A DNA stretch of 64,000 nucleotides from Lepidodermella squamata (lineage: Eukaryota > Animalia > Gastrotricha). Of this stretch, positions 10,562 to 22,258 are shown piece after piece. Numbering within the stretch: position 1 is the first letter of the stretch; the number at the start of each line of letters is the position of its first letter. The position numbers and the translations under genes are program-made. Below the pieces are notes generated by a model. It was not told where the DNA came from. It saw only the letters and a program-made list of their open reading frames with translations, and did not search any database. The stretch is taken from NCBI GenBank assembly GCA_047495785.1, contig JBLDXI010000029.1, forward strand, positions 248,001 to 312,000, given 5' to 3'.

Positions 10562-12876
10562 ATGAAGACCGGAAAATTCGCTCGAAGAGCAATTCAATTC
10601 GCCTTGTTATTTGGTGTGTTGTCGCGTGAACTCGCGGCGTCAAGTCAGCATGAGTGAGCTATTTACCTTGGCGAGATATTGCTTATTCTGCTCTTCTTTT
10701 ATTTTAATCAGCGATCAGCACAGCGAACATTCCCTCCACAACCCGTCTCATTCCGAGACTTCTGCAACCCAAGAGCAACCTATCAATGGCCCAAAGTTGA
10801 GCGACACAGCGGTTCGTGACACTGACTGAGATTTACAAATCATTTTTCCATCATTTTTCACAGGTCAATTCAAAGCAACGCCGAGATGTCAGCAATCCAA
10901 AATCGACAGGGACGAGAGCTGCTGGGACGGTATCAAATCAACCAATTGAGTGATCTTTTCTTAAATTCGCAATTTTAGACTGCCTTCACGCGATGCTTGG
11001 ACAAAGATGGCTTCCCTTACTGTGCATCTGTTGCTATTGGTTGCAACTTGCGAGCTTTTCCGGCAGGTTACTCGTATCCGACCAAGCAAGCTTGCCTAAC
11101 GGCTAAGAAGCGACTTTTCACGGTGAAAGCGGATGATCGGCGGCTGACCTGGTTTGAAGCTAATGCCCTCTGCACTGGTCAATCTGGCCACCTGGTAACC
11201 GTCAAAACAGCTACGGAGCAAACCAATTTTCGTAAACTCCTCGCCTCTGAATCGATCCCTTATGCATGGGTTGGACTCCGGAAAGACGCTACCAATAAAT
11301 TCGCCTGGACTGACGGAACGCCATTTGAAGCTTTCGACATGCAATGGGGGCCTCCCGAGCCGAACGGGGACGGAGAATGCGCAGATTACATCTCTTACAA
11401 AGCTAAGGAGGGATACCCTGCGGGACTTTACTTGAATGATTTAGATTGTCTTGTCCCGGCAGCAGCTGGCGTTTGCGAGACGTTCATGCCCCGCAGTCCG
11501 ATGTCCAACAAGGTAAAGAAAATTCAGATCTGTGTCATCTACAATATGTCATTTCCGACTTCGTTGTTCCCTTTTTAGAAAGGCTATCTACGATGCGTAG
11601 CGATACTCAACAAAGGCGAGGTCACGTGTCGGCTTGCTTCCGATGGCTGCAATGAGGACGAGCAAGCAAATCCTCCTCGCTACGCCTATGCTTCTCGAAT
11701 CTCATGCGAAACTGCGCCGAAATATATGTTTGTCGTCGAACTGCCCAAGGCTTTGACGTGGCACGATGCTAGCAGCATTTGCGCAGGGAAGTCGGGTCAG
11801 CTAGCTACGATCAAAACCGAAGCGGACCACGCCGCGCTGATGGATTTGATACCGGCCGGCTCGAACCAGTTCTACTGGGTCGGCCTGACGATGGACGCGA
11901 CGCGGAAGTTTACTTGGGTCGACGGTGCGCCCTTCACGCCTTTCGATAAGCAATGGGCGCACAACCAGCCGAGTGGTGATGGCGAGTGTGCAAACTACAT
12001 TCCTTTCGACGAACAGAGAGGCTATCCGGCTGGCTTTTACCTGAACGATGCAGCGTGCTCTGCCTATGCCTACTGGGCAGTCTGCGAAAGCTACGTCCCC
12101 GTGAGTTTTCAGCGCATTACATTTTATTCAGTACGAAGTGAATCTCCCAGTCTCCTTTCAATATTTTCAAAACAATTCCTGTATTTTTATTCTCCCTCTA
12201 GTAACATGTCCATTAATGTCAATTTCAAGCAGAGTTTCTAAAGTCTAAAGAAATATTCTTTTTTGTTCTGCTTGTGAACGCTTAGTCGCCGAATGCTGCA
12301 CTTGCGATGTACAAACAGTTGGGGCATGCGTGCGCTGACGCCGATTTATCAAAGGTTGTGGAACTCGTCGATGATATCGAAACGGCATCCGGCGGAAAAT
12401 TCGACCCGGAATGGCGTGACCCAGCCGAGTACAGCTCAGATAGTTGCTATGGAAAAGTTCTCAATGGCACGTTGTTGCACCGCGTCGCCCATTGCAAAGG
12501 CAACGAAGACCAGCGCATAGAAATCGCCAACTTGCTGCTAGATCATGACGCGAACATCAACAGCAAAGAAAAAACCTGGGGCTACACGGCCTTGTACCTG
12601 GCTACGGCTAATAACATGGTGGAACTGGCGCAGCTGTTGGTCCTGAGGGGAGCAGAGGTTGACAGTAAATTGAGCGACGGCTGGACGCCTTTGTTTGGCG
12701 CGGCGTTAAATGGCCACGCCGCAGTCGCCCGTCTGTTACTGGATCATGGTGCAGAAATCAACGTAGTTGGCGACGATGGCAACACGCCACTCGACTACGC
12801 AGTTCGTTCCAATCATGCCGAGGTCACTAAGCTGCTCAAATCTCGTGGTGGTCAGTGCCGCGCGCTAGAGTGCTGA
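10562..12876 (+). CDS. Gene D: secreted prepro - 2xC-type lectin - ankyrin-repeat protein (paralog of B)
   Basis: Exons 10562-10653 (MKTGKFARRAIQFALLFGVLS.., phase 2), ~10712-10811, 10864-10929 (KQRR/DVS), ~10979-11512 (CTL, EPN), ~11579-12100 (CTL, QPS), ~12286-12876 (ANK, ends GGQCRALEC*). Confidence 0.85.
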
Positions 12877-13665
12877 GCTGTTACTCTGGAAAGTGCTATT
12901 CTTTTTCAATGATTTCCTGTTAACTGCTAAACTATCGCTTTTAAATCATGAGAAGGCTTGTCCTATAGGAATCGATTTGAAATCCATTTGAAAAAGTGAC
13001 TCGTTAATAAAAGGTTTTCTCCAGTTCGCATGCGTGTTGGTGTTTTCATAATATACCATCGGTGGGGCAACGCTATTAGCCATAAGCACAAGTGATCCTA
13101 CAATTCTAAGTGATGCAAAGTCTTGAAGTCTCGAAGTATTAGCTAATTTTTGTGGCAACACAACATGGCAAGAGTTAGATTACATCTGCTTTTCTATTTT
13201 CTCATATTTTCGTGTTATTTTTCGATTTTTCGAAGCTATCCGATTTGCTGGTGTAGAAAGGAGGAAAGTGAATGGATGTTGGTTGGCTAATTCTGATGAA
13301 CGGTCTGTCGGCGCATCGGAATGTATAAGACAAACGGGATGTACTGAGAGATCGCTTCAGAAATTCAGCTGTAGTGTCTGCGACGTTTAACGCTTCAATT
13401 AAAAAACAAACAAGATTTGTTGTTCGCATATGTTTGAAATTGCCTCGAAATTGCCTGAGCCAACGCTGAAAATCAATACGTGCATTGATTCTGAAACCAA
13501 GATTGTGGTTCAAAGTGTGGCTCAAAGCAGTTTCCAATCTTTATTGCCATGTTATCTGGATATTGTACAGAAATCAGCAAAGTAACTAACAATATTTTAA
13601 CCGGGCTAAGCTAAGTTGGATAGAAAAAGTGTTAAAAAGCATAGCGTTCGGATATAATATATCTT

Positions 13666-16600
13666 TCAGCAAGACTCCTTCTTGCATTCACCGCCGCGAG
13701 ACTTAAGCAATTTGATGACCTCGCCTTGCTTGTAGTATACAGCATAGTCCGATGGCGTGTAGCCATCGTCGCCAGCTTCGTTGATGTCAGCGCCGCGGTC
13801 CAGCAACAGCCGAGCGACTTCCAAATTTCCGTGTATAGCCGCAGTCGTCAGGGGCCTCCAGCCGTCGCTCAATTTGCTGTCAACGGCCGCTCCTCGTTTG
13901 ATCAGCAAACGCACGACCTCCAACAAGTTGTTTCCGGAGGCGAGGTACAATGGCGTGTAGCCCCATGTGCTTTCTCTACTGTCAACCTCCGCGCCGCGTT
14001 CAAGCAACAGGCGAACAATTTCCAACCGCTTGTATTCGTTGCCGTAGCATTGGGCCACTCTGTGCAGAATTGTACCGTTGCGAACTTTGCCGTAACAACT
14101 GCTGTACTCGGCCGGGTCACGCCAGTCCGGATCGAATTTTCCGCGAGCTGCCTTATCGATTTGGCTCACAAGTCTTCGCACTCCAGCAGAGTCAGCGTCA
14201 GCAGCTGCCTGGCCCAAGCGCGTGTAAAGAGGCAGCAAACTGCTTTTAGCCGGGGAGATCTGCAATGAAAATTGAAGATATTTAAGAAAGGTAAATTCTA
14301 TGAACCAGACAATCTATATAATCTTCCGAAAATTAGCTTCACCTACCGTGGTCAACAATTTGGCGATTTCGCCGAAACCCCTGCTTTTAGCAAAATCTAA
14401 AGCAGTTTCGCCCGTTGACTTTCTGATGTTGACATCAGCTCCGCGTGCTAACAGCATTTCCACCACATCCTTACGACCACTGTAGGCGGCCTCAATCAGC
14501 GGCGTTGCGCCATCAGAGCCTCTAGCATTGATTGAAGCTCCAGCGGCTATCAAAGCATCAAGAATGTCAGCATTGGCTGCGTAGGCTGCTTTGTGCACGG
14601 CCGTGACGCCGTCTTTGTCGCGCCATTTGAAGTCGAGCGAGCCTTGCTGCAGCAAACGCTTGACAGTGTCAAGATCATCGCGGCCAGCAGCTTCGTTTAA
14701 CTGCCGCTGTACGACAACTGTCGGCATGCGGGCTGTAGATGTAGGCCTCGTTACGATTAGCGTGGAGGAGACTCCCTAAGATAACATAAACGATTAAGTA
14801 TTTCAACGTTTTGGACCTTTGGAATTGAAATTTGTTGAGAGTCACGCCTATAACCCATTTTTGGCAAGCTCAATGGCCTATAACACAAATACAAAAGTTG
14901 GAAAAACGAGTCGCAGCGGTTGGCCGAAAATCGTTTGATAGGGTTATTATCTTAATTATCTGTTCAACAGGAAATTTCAAAATTTTTTATTCACACAAGT
15001 TCATGATTCCCAAAAATTTGAGCTTTAGCATTGTTTTAGTTTTGCATACCTCAGCGCCGGAGAGGATCTGGATGATATTATTGAAACCTTTTTGCCTTGC
15101 GATGCTGATAGCGCTTCTCGCACCAACCGTCACCGATTTATCCGCTCCCCTCTCAACGAGTAGCTCAACGACCGCCACGTGCCCATATTCAACTGCAATC
15201 ATGAGTGGTGTCATGCCGTCCAGCCGCTGAGAATTCATCTCGGCTCCATGATCTAACAACGCAGCGACTACTACAGGTTGTCCGGCAAAGGCGGCCTTGT
15301 GCAGAGCGGTGGATCCGGTTGCATCACGCCATTTCAAGTCCAGACGTTCATCTTCAAGCAGCCGTAGTACATCTTCGTAGTTGACTCGAACAACGGCATC
15401 GTTCAATGCTTGTTGACGCATGATCTTTTCCAAGTCCAAAGCCCGAGCAGTGGTCGCAGGAGTTTCTGTTGTTGCGATGATCGTGAAAAGCTGGATAAAA
15501 TCAATATTATTTCCAGCCAGGGAACCAGCTGTTTGACCATCGTCAGCAACTACCCGGGAATCAGCTCCGTTCTGGATCAAATACTTGGCGATTTCAAGGT
15601 GAGCATTTTTCGCAGCTAGCATCAGAGCAGTGTAACCATCCTGAGCCATAGCATTGATATCAGCGTCGTATTCGACCAGAGCCTTAACGTTAGCCAACCG
15701 GCCATATTCAGCTGCTGCCATTAAAGCGGTTTTTCCATTGGCTTCGTCGCGGCCATTGACATTCGCGCCAGATTCGATGAGGTATTCAACGATTTCAGAG
15801 GAGCTAGTTTTCGCAGCGGCGATTTCCAGAACTCTTGAACCATACTTAGTCTCCTTGGTATTTAAATTGGCACCGGCTTCCACGAGAGTTTTGACCAATT
15901 CTAGAGGAGCCTCAAGGTCCAAGGCAATGTGAAGGGCCGTTCCATTGACGATAGTCCAAGTGCCACGCTCTGATGAATCACGCCAATTAACGTCGACATC
16001 TCTATCCTCTAGTAGCTCGCGAACTTTGACGATATTCTGCTCTGTGATCGCTTTCATGAATTCCACTTGCTTGGCAACCAAATCCTTAACAAGATCATGC
16101 GAATGAGGATGAGTTTTAGACGTTGGTTACCTTTTGGTTACAGTTGCTGATATCTGGATACCACGTTGAGTTATCAAAGCAAGTTGAGCCGAGCGGACCA
16201 TTTGTGCATTCGTAGCCTTTGTTGCATTTCAGATAGATCGATGTGAATGGCGAAACAGCTGGGCCTTTGAGAACTTGGCCAGTATGAAGATCCAGCAGAA
16301 CACCGTTGGAAACCTCTGGTACCAGACATGAGCCTATTCAAGAACAAAATACATATAAGACCTCGAAGGATCTAATTCAGCTGTGAGCAGCCTTCATCAA
16401 CAATATTGCTGGTCAAATGAAATGCGTATGATTATTTTAGAATTTCCGTGTTATCGTTTTTTGAAACCGAAGAGCTGTTACCTCTGGGGCTGCAAATTCC
16501 AGGCTTTGACCAGCTGCCGTTGTTCGAGCATGCAACGAAGTCAGCTCCATGCAGTTCGTAGCCATCGTTACAGGAAACTGCGACGATGCTTCCCGGGGTG

Positions 16601-19600
16601 GTCTCTGAGCCATCATCCACTAACCCATTCGGAATTGCCGGAATCTCGCCACAGTCTGATACAGACACATAACCAATAAAAGTAATTGTATGAGTTCTTA
16701 AATCAGTTCTACCTAAATGAGATTCAACACAGGAGCCTGGCTGAGACCAAGTGCCATTCATTTGGCAAACAATGGCACCAGGGCCTTCCAAGACCCAGGG
16801 CTCCATGCATTTGATCAGAACGACAGTGCCCTGGCGAAACGGCTTTTCAGGTAAGTTAATTTCAGAGTTGAAAATTGAAGGCGGTTCATCGTTGCAAAGA
16901 GCTACACATTCGCCATCCACCAACCAGGATTCTGATACTGCTGAATACTTGACCGAACTTTGACCGACAAGCGAAAATCCCGCGGCACACGTAATCGTTC
17001 CGATCTCTGAGCAATCGACCTCGTTATCAATGAAGTATTCTATCGATCCATGGGAAACTATCATTGGCTTGGTGGATTGAACTATCCAAAAAGTTGATAT
17101 AATGTGTCAATGATTTCTAGTGATTTCTTACCTGCATGGAATTTCTGAAATTTAGCCATTTCGCCATCACCAAACTTACATTTGGTTAGGCTCTGTGGCG
17201 CGGGGCTATTTGAGCCTCGTTCACACTTGCCCGATCGGCGCATAACATCGAGAACCTGGTCATATCCAGCTAACCTTGCCCAATCAAAAATGCCAACATT
17301 TCCGAAAGCGCCCGCACACGGTGCATTGAATTTGTTGAAAAGGAGGTCGACCAGAGCCGGGCAGTCACGATCGATAGCCAGCATCAGCAAAGTCTTCCCC
17401 AGTGGGTCCTTCAGAGCCAAAGCTTTCGAAAGCTGCTCCGAATCAGAGGAAAGGATTAAAAGAATAGCCTCGACAGTCGATACGCCAGAATCGCTGCATC
17501 TAGCCGCATTGAGCAATGGAGTCCGGCCATAACTATCCGCCGTTATCGCGATTTCACGATTGTGCGTGAGCAGTAGCCTAACCATGTCGGGCTGCTGTGC
17601 GGCGATCGCGTGAAGCAATGCGATGGTGCCGTGATTGTTCGATGCTTCCTCCCTGAAGCTATCCGCGAAGATCTCTTTCAATAGAACCTCAACGAAAGCG
17701 CGAGCATTCCTCTCCACGGCCAATGTGAGCACTGTTCGGTTTTCTTTATCTCGGCTATCGAAGAGACCGCTCTGCTCGCTTGAAAACAAGCCCAGCAAAG
17801 CCACGTCAGCTTCGGCTACGGACAAAAGAGAGGTTAATGAGTTAGGAGTTAGGAATAAAGCTCCAACCAAGAATTTTTTCGAAATTGAGCCCGAAATGTC
17901 AACGCGAGCAGATTATCCCTCGAAAATAAATCCATTTTGGAAATACCTGTGATAATCAAATTCGTCCATCTGGCAGTTAACTGTTTCTGAACTATGTCTT
18001 CAAAACAGAGGGACTGCGCTATTTCCGCAAAGTTTTCCTAAACGCTCCGCCGCCGCAGAGCTCTGATTAAATATTTTACTTGAACATTTCGACGTGCTTA
18101 TTCTTAAAATTCACTTTTTACGTAGCTTTTTTACATTATTCCCGAAACTGGGAATGCGCAGTGTAATTTTAAAACAAAGCATAAAATAAAATAAAATCGA
18201 AAATAATCCTGTGTACAGTTTGATCAAACCCTAAGTAATCCATTGCCTTTTTTACAGCTGAGCTTTTCAACTTTTTCTAAAAACGGATGAATGTCTCTTA
18301 AATAAATAAATAAATAAATAAATAAATCGTTTTGCGCAATCGATGACGGTCAAACGAAATTTAGGAAATTTGGCTGGAGACGGCAGAATCATTCAAAATT
18401 AAATTTGATAATTTGTAATTTCATTGAAAGAATTGATGGAATATTATATATTTCCGAATTTTTCTATAGCTTTTGCAGCTCAACCTTGCCAATTCTTTAC
18501 CGTCAATGTCCCCGTAAAATTCTTGTAAAAATATTTTATTTTTGTGAAATAAAACCTGGAAGATTGTTTAAAAATTTAGCTCTCAGTATGATTTCGTAAT
18601 TAAGCAGTATGCTAAAAATTTAGATTATTGGAATGGAGATGCTATCTTGCTCTAATTTTAAAAATTTACGGCTCCAAATGTGAAATAATATTGTAGCTAA
18701 GCTTACTTCTATCGATTGACTGGTCAGATTGAAGAGCCATAGCATGGGCGGCATTTCGGCCTTTCGAATCGGTGGCGGCTAGATCAGCGTCATGCTCCTG
18801 CAACACTTTGACACACTCCAGCTGTCGCATGTAACTCGCAAAGTGAACCAGCGGCCCCCGATCGGCGCCCTTGACATCCCGGTTTCCTGACGTGTAAGCG
18901 CACGTCTCAGACTTGACCAAACTCCTCGTGCCCTCTTGAATAGAAAACAGCACTCGCAGAAATTCGCAGTTGCCTTTTCGAATCGCGTAGCACAGCGGCG
19001 TCTCGTCATTCTCATCCACAGCCGTTGCTTTGAAAAACAGCTTCGCAAACTGATTACGCAACATTTCGATTTTGTTCTCTTCAGCAATAACGTGCGACGA
19101 CGTTTTCACATTCTGCTTTGATGATCTCGACAATGACTGGTCAGGGAAGAACAGCTTGATCATCGCTTGGTTCTTGCTCGCCAGCGCGATTTCGAAAGCA
19201 AAGCCGCCACTGCGGTCTCTGACGTTAGGATCAGCCCCACGTTCCAAAAGCCCTTTCGCCACTTCAACGGCACGAAGCGAATGCGATTTAACAGCATAGA
19301 ACAAAGGTGTTTGGCCCTGCCAAGTTTCAGCATTGACGATTTGCTTCTTCTTATCGTCGCTCGCCTTTTCGAGTAAGAAATCAATCATCTTCAGGTAACC
19401 ATTCAGAGCAGCGAGGTGAATTGGCTGCTCGCCAAGGTTGTTACGAGCCTCGACATCTGCGCCAACTTCGTCAATGAGAAATCTCGCGGTCTTAGAAGCG
19501 TTGTAAGCAGCTGCAACGTGCAACGGCGTGTGGCCAGTGGCGTTTTGCGTCGCTTTCAGTTCACCGATGTCCGAGAATTCATTTCTGATTCTTGCAATGA

Positions 19601-20141
19601 GGTCGTAGCGAATGTATTGATTGTAAAGTTTGTTCAGTTTGTTTTGAGCCTCATCTCGTGCGCGATCGGGGTTGCCAATTTGCGCCAGAGAATCGTAGTC
19701 ATAACTCGGAGCAATCGAATGTTCGTCAGCCTCGGAATCGATTTTGCCCCTAGTAGAATTTCACGAGATTTGAATTAAAACATAATGTGTAAGGGAAATG
19801 TATCGGATTTTAGGAACCCATTTTAATGGTATCTACGTTATCTACACAATGTACTTATGTTCGAAAAAATTCCTATTTGATATGATTTAATCAGTTTTTT
19901 AGAGTGAAAAAGATAATTCATTAGCCCCATGAATTCTATCTCCCCCATAGATGAAGTAGAAAATGGCGTAAATAAAATTAAAAACTGTTTAACCAAATCG
20001 CACTGCCATAAAAAAATTATATATTATTAATTAATCCACTCACGGTACTGCGGCGTTCGCTAGGGCTGACTGACTTGTGATCGCCAACAATACAAATACA
20101 GCTTGCCAGAAGACATAGGTCCATCGATTTTGTTTTCTCAT
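13666..20141 (-). CDS. Gene E: large secreted ANK - ANK - 4xCCP - multi-ANK protein
   Basis: Signal exon 20141-20044 (MRKQNRWTYVFWQAVFVLLAITSQSALA, phase 2). ANK exons 19749-18707 and 17815-17132. CCP exons ~17080-16713, ~16655-16483, ~16333-16131. ANK exons ~16084-15050, ~14775-14348, ~14260-13666 (ends GGECKKESC*). Colinear with gene N. Confidence 0.85.
18299..18327. repeat. (AAAT)n microsatellite in an intron of gene E
   Basis: About 7 tandem AAAT units. Confidence 0.9.
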
Positions 20142-20688
20142 GGTTAAAACGTTTATGGTTTAGAATGATCTAGTTTTCATGCCGCGGTGGAATTGCAAGC
20201 TTAAAGGTGCCAGCTTAAATTGTCATCGCGTGTCAATCAGGTGCGCAGCCTTGACCCCACCCAAAGTGTACCATTTGTTTTTGTATTGTTTACTAAGTTG
20301 CTTGAGCTTTCTTGAATGACGGCCCAAAATATAATTTTTAAAAAGTGGAGCGCTGGTAACTTTTCAGAAGTTCAGTTATGACTCTAAGATCTTACAAATA
20401 ATATAGGCCGAGGAGAAGGGAGGCTGAAGAGTCAGGTGATTTTATTCGATCGCCTCATTTTTTGCGAACCGGCTTCAGATTTTGAATGACTTCAAAACAA
20501 CATCTTTAGCTAATATTGTAAATATTTTTTTATAAAGCAATTCTAGTCAATTAAATTCAAGTCAGTCCCTTTTCCAAGTAAAGCAGATGGTTATATATTC
20601 AGGATTTTGAAGGTCAAAGCTGTAAACAGTTCTTTGCAAGAAACCAGAGCAAGCAAACGTCAATTTTGTGTAATCAGGGCGAGAATTT

Positions 20689-21624
20689 TTAGATATTAGC
20701 CTTCGGGAAATCAGTTGTTTTAGACTTGCGATCCCACGTGAACCATCCAAAGTTTTTCTCAAACGTCGCGCCCATCGAATTGTCATCCCAACGCCTGTCG
20801 TAGAAAGAAAACCAGAACGCCGGCTTTCCTTTGGTCGCCCCACCAGTTACCCACTTCGAAACAGCTTGGTAGTACTGCTTTGAAGTTTCCAAACTGCCTG
20901 GAACGCCATTGCTATAGCCAACCCCACCGGCAGTTGGGAAGCCAGTTTCGGTCAGAACGACCTTGGAATTGTCATAGCGCTGCATCATTTTTTGCCACTG
21001 AGAATCAAGAGGCGATATGGGATTTTTCGTGTCGTAGTACCCAAAGTAGGGGTAGATGTTGACTCCGATGATATCGCATGCGTTAGCCAATTTCGTAGTT
21101 TCCGATTTGATAGAGTCTGAAACCCATTCCGTGATGCGCTGGACAGTTCCAACCGGGACACTGCGACCAGTCGCTTTCTTCACTGCGTCTTTAATTCCAT
21201 TAATCCTCGCGATAATATCATCAGCCGTGAATGGGCCGTTAGGTTTGAGATTTTCGTTACCGACCAGGATAGCTAGGACGGTATCTGGGAAGGCTTTCAC
21301 TGCGTCGACAGCTGACTGGACCTGGGATTGGTACCAGCCTTCGTTTGTCATGAAAACTCCCAGGTAGAGTTTAACCTTGTACTTGGCGGCAGCTGGAGCG
21401 ACAGGGACGCCGTAGAAGTTCGAGTAGAAGGTCCTCACGTATTTAACATACTTCGACATGTTGGCGAAATCGTCGTCCATAGCCTTGGCGAGGTTGCCGA
21501 GAGTGCCGCCGTTTAGTGGGTACTCTGAGTTGTGCATGGCGTCGTAGTTGGCGCCCAAAAGGGCCTGGCCATAAACCTGACAGCCAGCAAGAGCCAGCAG
21601 GAAGATTAGACCGCCTAAATACAT
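20689..21624 (-). CDS. Secreted glycoside hydrolase family 17 (beta-1,3-glucanase/glucanosyltransferase)
   Basis: 311 aa, uninterrupted CDS. Signal peptide MYLGGLIFLLALAGCQVYG. GH17 motifs VRTFY, ILVGNE (acid/base Glu), DIIGVNIYPYF, LTETGFPT (nucleophile Glu), FWFSFYD, FEKNFG. Confidence 0.9.
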   Translation of the reverse strand: MYLGGLIFLLALAGCQVYGQALLGANYDAMHNSEYPLNGGTLGNLAKAMDDDFANMSKYVKYVRTFYSNFYGVPVAPAAAKYKVKLYLGVFMTNEGWYQSQVQSAVDAVKAFPDTVLAILVGNENLKPNGPFTADDIIARINGIKDAVKKATGRSVPVGTVQRITEWVSDSIKSETTKLANACDIIGVNIYPYFGYYDTKNPISPLDSQWQKMMQRYDNSKVVLTETGFPTAGGVGYSNGVPGSLETSKQYYQAVSKWVTGGATKGKPAFWFSFYDRRWDDNSMGATFEKNFGWFTWDRKSKTTDFPKANI

Positions 21625-22258
21625 CTTTTATCGGCAAAGCTAAATAAAGAAAAGTAAGTGTTGAAATAGTGGATGGAAATTTCTAGTTTGTAGATTTTGA
21701 TTAGTTCTGAGGCCTTGAAGTAAATGCTAAAGTAAAGTAAAAAGTAAAGTAAGTAAAGGAAGACATATCGGGAGCAATTCCGAAACGGACTGCACGTAGA
21801 CGGTGTAAAAAGCATGAGAGTTGATCGGATAACGAATCAAGAGCAATTCCGTTTTCAAATAAAGCATGAAATAGTTCTTCTTTTTATGTCTCGATTCTCC
21901 ATGTTAGCGGTGATTTTTTGCAAAGGCTGTTGACGCACGTTAATATGACGCCGATTATTGTTTACACAGCTGAACAATTTGGCTGTTTTTTCGCTCTCAT
22001 CCTCGGAATCTGGGCTCTGACTTTTGACACCATTCCTTGAGCAATTTATGCACTTCAGTATCTGCTTCAGTAAACTCTGATTTGCAGTTAGCATTAATCT
22101 GAGTTATAACTGCGATTTGTGTTCATCTCAGTTAACTCAGAGTTCTGAAAAAAATGAATACGGAAATGTTTTCTGCAATATTTGTTGAGAAAAACTTTCC
22201 ATCCTTACTCTCATCCGTTATCCTTGGCGTTATCAAACTAAGAATAAAAGCTTATGTT

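Noticed and set aside
13202-13537. 111-aa ORF between genes D and E
   Set aside because: Non-ATG start, no motif and no supporting splice structure.
13666-20141. Latrotoxin homolog or Notch-like receptor
   Set aside because: There is no large N-terminal helical pore-forming domain and no EGF/LNR repeats or TM helix. The resemblance is by analogy only.
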